A stretch of DNA of 64,000 nt from an uncultured delta proteobacterium (lineage in GTDB: Bacteria > Desulfobacterota > Binatia > Binatales > Binataceae). Within the stretch, counting starts at the first letter, position 1. Each line of letters opens with the position of its first letter. The DNA lies in the NCBI GenBank assembly GCA_963756005.1, contig CAVWMC010000008.1:438541-502540 (forward strand). Direction: 5' to 3'. The translations under genes were made by a program, and so were the position numbers. A model generated the notes under the pieces. The model worked only from the letters and a program-made list of their open reading frames with translations. It did not search any database and was not told the DNA's origin. This document shows positions 62,334-64,000 of the stretch, one piece after another.

Positions 62334-63419
62334 TCACACCGGCTGCGGCGCGACTGCGTCGAGGCGGACTGACGCGCCGCTCTTGCGCGTGGCGTAGCGG
62401 CTCAGCAGGCGCACGACCGCGGGCGTGACTTCGTTGATCGCCTCGCGCCGGAAGCCGACGACCTCCGGGCCGCGCGCGCGCATCATGCCCATCATCGAGA
62501 GCCGCAGCAGCGCCGCGACCGCCTGGCAGTAGCGGAAACGCTCGAGGTCCATCGGCGCCATCGCGTGGTAGAGCGGCATGTACAGCGCCGCGAAGCTCGC
62601 GCGCAGGCCGTTGCCCGCGAGGTTGTCGCGCATCCATCGCGGATGCTCCATCGCCGACGACGAGAGGATCACGGCCGTCATCGCGGCATCGAGATGGCGG
62701 TCGCCGACGTCGGTATTTACCCAGTCGATCACGCCGGTCACGCGCACGCCCCGCACCATCACGTTTTGCGGATGGTAGTCCATGTGCACGAGCGAATCGC
62801 CGCTATGACGGAACCTGGCGGCGCGTTCGGTGACGAGCTTGAGCGCCTCGCGCAGGCCGGGCAGCGGGCCGTTCTCGACGCGATTGGCGATGATCGCGAG
62901 CACCCGATCGAGCAGCGGCGAGACCGAGGTCATGCCATCGATCGGCGCATACGCATGCGGAATCTCGCTCAGGCCGGCGCTCGCCGAATCGAGTTTGTGC
63001 AATTTCGTCTGGGTGCGGACGAACGAATAAAACGCCATCGAGAAAGTCTTGAACGCGCTCGGAAAGCTGCGCACCGCGAATAGCGGGCCGCCCGCCAGCC
63101 GCTGCATGATGAGGAACGGCGCTCCGAGTGCGCGATGGTCGGGCTCGAAGGCGTAGGCCTGCGGCACTGCATAGCCGACGGCGAACAGGCGATCGATCGT
63201 GGTGTTCTCGCGCGCGCCTTTGTTGTCGGCGGCGGAGCCTTGATAGAAGCGCAAAACCATCGGGATGCCGACGGGGATCGACGCAAACCGCTTCGACGGA
63301 GCCTCGAGCGTGAATTCGAAGACGGTGGTCTCCCATCCGCTGGCGAGGACGCTCAAGCGCGCGACCGGCGCGCCGAGATAGACGGATAGACGTTGCGCGA
63401 TGTCGCGAGGGTCAAGCAT
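62334..63419 (-). CDS. Aminoglycoside phosphotransferase-like kinase family protein
   Basis: MVLR, E......L, VP, LGAPFLIM, LVHMDYHPQNVM and GVIDW. Confidence 0.85.
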   Translation of the reverse strand: MLDPRDIAQRLSVYLGAPVARLSVLASGWETTVFEFTLEAPSKRFASIPVGIPMVLRFYQGSAADNKGARENTTIDRLFAVGYAVPQAYAFEPDHRALGAPFLIMQRLAGGPLFAVRSFPSAFKTFSMAFYSFVRTQTKLHKLDSASAGLSEIPHAYAPIDGMTSVSPLLDRVLAIIANRVENGPLPGLREALKLVTERAARFRHSGDSLVHMDYHPQNVMVRGVRVTGVIDWVNTDVGDRHLDAAMTAVILSSSAMEHPRWMRDNLAGNGLRASFAALYMPLYHAMAPMDLERFRYCQAVAALLRLSMMGMMRARGPEVVGFRREAINEVTPAVVRLLSRYATRKSGASVRLDAVAPQPV

Positions 63420-63486
63420 TGAATAGGCGCGCGCGGAAAATCCGCGCGAAGGGCAGCGTAGTACACGCGCGATAAAGTCGCAATTG

Positions 63487-63506
63487 ACCTGACACGCGTG
63501 TCAGGT
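63487..63506. promoter_or_regulatory. Perfect 20-bp palindrome, candidate operator overlapping TTGACC
   Basis: acctgacacgcgtgtcaggt in a divergent intergenic region. Confidence 0.55.
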
Positions 63507-63744
63507 GACGAGCTTTAAGGGACCTTTCGGTTGGATCGCGGCGGGCGCGAAGACTTCTGTCCGTTATCGCGGCGGGGGCAACCGACGGGTTTGATAATCG
63601 CGCAGCGGTCATAACGGCGAGCTCGTCGCCAGCGTGCTTGGAATGACACAAAGAAACTAAGACGACACACTGTTTGCTCGCTTACACTATTTGTGTTGAA
63701 CATCAAATGGTGACAAATCGAAACCACGAGCGAACCGCACGCCG

Positions 63745-64000
63745 ATGAGGCGGTCCCCGATCGGCACAATAGCAGTCGCAACGGCGTGTGCTTTGGCGTT
63801 CGCATTTACGGTGCCACCAGCGGCGCTCGCCCAATATGGCAAGTCCAATTGGGGACAAATCCTGATTGCCGGTGGACGCGAGCGCAATACTGACGAAGAC
63901 ACCATCGATAACAGCATCGATTTGTACGACCCGGCGTCGAATCGGTTTGCGCCCGAAATTGCAACGACGCAGATGAAAGAGCGCATGCGTGCAACCGCGA
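63745..64000 (+). CDS. Secreted kelch-repeat protein (3'-partial)
   Basis: MRRSPIGTIAVATACALAFAF..ALA signal, then QILIAGG..NSIDLYDPASNRF; open to the window end. Confidence 0.7.
   Translation, partial: MRRSPIGTIAVATACALAFAFTVPPAALAQYGKSNWGQILIAGGRERNTDEDTIDNSIDLYDPASNRFAPEIATTQMKERMRATA

Overview
High-GC bacterial chromosomal window. The gene content (F420 biosynthesis, LLM oxidoreductase, Lhr, NHL/kelch secreted proteins, PaaA-like proteins) is reminiscent of Candidatus Binatota/Binatia, but that assignment is inference only. Core content: glyA, imuA-imuB-dnaE2, cofG-cofH-cofD-cofE plus a polyprenyl synthase, 2-oxoacid dehydrogenase E1a/E1b/E2, an Mla/MCE transporter, nuoB-nuoF-nuoG, a hybrid kinase with Hpt, thiO, lhr and acnA. 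Five otherwise intact genes carry single-base indels, probably long-read errors. Most notable items: (1) A 5.3-kb island (45020-50324) bounded by a 59-bp, dyad-symmetric direct repeat that duplicates the 3' end of a membrane-protein gene. It has no integrase and holds a collapsed Rhs locus with two predicted peptidoglycan-lytic toxin tips (GH73-like and RlpA/DPBB-like), intact signal-peptide immunity genes, a GIY-YIG-like gene and an NHL protein. (2) An uncharacterised operon combining an EntE-like aryl-acid ligase, a lone PaaA-like diiron protein, a PqqC/CADD-like diiron oxidase, two SDRs and a TetR regulator. (3) A serine hydrolase translationally coupled inside the mla operon. (4) Two unannotated, apparently paralogous ~40-aa membrane peptides upstream of cofG. 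(5) Several REP-like hairpin families, including one with compensatory stem changes and one embedded in imuA. No tRNA, rRNA or CRISPR array was recognised.
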